From positions 46,996,001 to 47,060,000 of the forward strand of contig OZ286471.1 of assembly GCA_965644265.1 (NCBI GenBank): a stretch of 64,000 nt of DNA, read 5' to 3'. This document shows, piece by piece, positions 62,242 through 64,000 of the stretch. The position numbers and the translations under genes were made by a program. How positions within the stretch are numbered: the stretch's first letter is position 1; every line of letters starts with the position of its first letter. The DNA comes from Glycera tridactyla. Lineage: Eukaryota. The notes under the pieces were generated by a model. That model ran no database searches. It was not told the origin of the DNA and saw only the letters and a list, made by a program, of their open reading frames with translations.

Positions 62242-64000
62242 TTATATGTAAGTGTATGCCATCCTGCCTGTGCCCTGCATGGCCGATTCGTTACTACCTA
62301 ATTACGCATTTCTAGATTTTATGCCAGTGCAATGGACATCAGATGTTTGCCAGTTTGTGGAAAGCTCGTTCGAGAAACATGGCTGTCCATTTTAAAGTAG
62401 AAGTGACAAGTTTAGCTTTTGTACATGATATATTTCAGGCACTGGATTTTATTCACCGTCAAAATCCGTAGCGGAAAAGTGACCCTCAAAATCATCTTAA
62501 TTATTATATTTTCAATAATAAGGGTTCTGAAACATATTCACTTTTTCTTCTACGCCAGACACTAGATTATAAACAGTGACGTCAGCATACTTGCTCATGA
62601 ATATCAGACATTCATGTTTTAAATCTGTAGCATTTATGTACATCCAGAACTGAAATACAGATTTATATTCGCTCAGCTTTATTTTCTCGGAAATCAGCCA
62701 GTATGAGCAGATACCCAGTTTCAGGTGTCCAGCGGGTGACATGGTCTAATATCCTTAACACTTTCTATTCGGTAGATTCAGGAATTTCCTTGATGGATGA
62801 AACCTGCCGATTCGAATTTCAAATCTCACCATGGTCAAGTTATCAGTATGATACGAAGAATATCGGATACATGGGAGGTGGATGGTGGCGTGAAATGAGG
62901 ATAAATGTATTTCATTTACCTCGCCCTGCAATGGAAGACAGAGTGGATGTAATTGTGTGTCGGTGATGGGCTTGTGTGGTGCTAGATTCAAACTTTGGAG
63001 CATTCCTTCAAAGATTTGATCGATGCATTTTAGTTTAATGTAGTTTTGGTGCGCAGACAGTCGGGGGACGACATTCACTGTCCACGAGGATTTCATTCTG
63101 GGTTTTCTTCATGTCTGTGTTTGATTTCATCTTCTTGCAGATCGGTGTTACTTTTGTTCATTTACAACCGGATACAATGGAATGTGTTTAAATAATAATG
63201 CATATTCTCTATTTTTCATACGGTTTGATGCTGATCGGAATATATTGCTTGGTTGATATAAGGAGGGAGAATACCAGGAATATTGATAACGTATCATACT
63301 TTCCTTTGAAATATTCATATAGACATGTATGTAGACTAACGCATAGGCGTTTGTGTCTGACAATTTGCCTGAGGTAATTGTATCAGAATTTGGAGGTTTC
63401 TCATGATAGTCCATGTATTGTATAATCAGTATACTGTTTTACAGATTGCGTTGTCTAGCACATGGGTCAAATATGTCACTCAATATAATGTAAAGTCTCA
63501 AATAGACCAGACCTGAGAATGCAAGTTGATACGATGATATTGCAAGACTCCCGTAACATTCAACATCACTTGCAACGACTTCCCATCCATGTAGTGTTAT
63601 GTGAAATATGGTAATATTGAATCTTTCGAGGAGATTTCGGTATTCATTATCATGCGAGAGGAAATTATACTAAGGCTCTCATCTAAATATCACCTTAAAT
63701 ACGAAGCTCGAAAATAGTCAGAAAAGTATCGGTTTTAGTGTGATGTCTTGAAAGTTAGCAGTCGCTCCCTGTGCAGATGTTATGACGAAAGACAAACTGT
63801 CCACGTGAAGGCCGCCTCTCCTCCATCCACTGCGCAGGGCGACACATTATTTGGACCTTTCACACGGATGACTATGCCAGTAATTCCCAAAGTACACCAT
63901 CTACAACAGTTTGGTGCATTTCTGTGTAGTTTCATTGACCATATCTCAGAAGTACCCATATGTTTTGACATTTCTGTTGTCACTGTAGCCTCTCCTGTCA

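Noticed and set aside
62725-63912. Candidate further exons at ~62725 and 63777-63912
   Set aside because: Open frames follow plausible acceptors, but there is no domain motif and donors are weak; cannot be supported without transcripts.

Overview
Eukaryotic (metazoan, probably invertebrate) genomic scaffold with five N-gaps. Almost the whole window is the interior of one, or possibly two adjacent, very large + strand modular genes. I mapped 47 coding exons by eye, all with AG/GT borders, totalling 12,240 nt (about 4,080 aa). From 451 to 30109 there are 26 fibronectin type II (FN2) domains, each with two extra Cys and a Thr/Ser/Pro-rich mucin-like linker. From 30965 to 60862 there are 17 PAN/Apple-like domains, mostly with Thr-rich tails. 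Every intron is phase 1 except one phase-2 intron that splits PAN-6. No start/signal-peptide exon, transmembrane exon or stop exon was found, so the gene probably runs beyond both window ends. The array shows its history: an ABC-ABC-AB triplet duplication, a homogenised FN2 block, a dead half-exon, a 12-aa repeat expansion, a probable intron gain, an 8-Cys PAN, and an RKRR furin-type site followed by a 4-Cys PAN. Introns hold microsatellites, an 80-bp minisatellite and a 152-bp foldback element. No rRNA, tRNA, CRISPR array or intact transposon ORF was recognised. The organism and gene name cannot be determined from the sequence alone.
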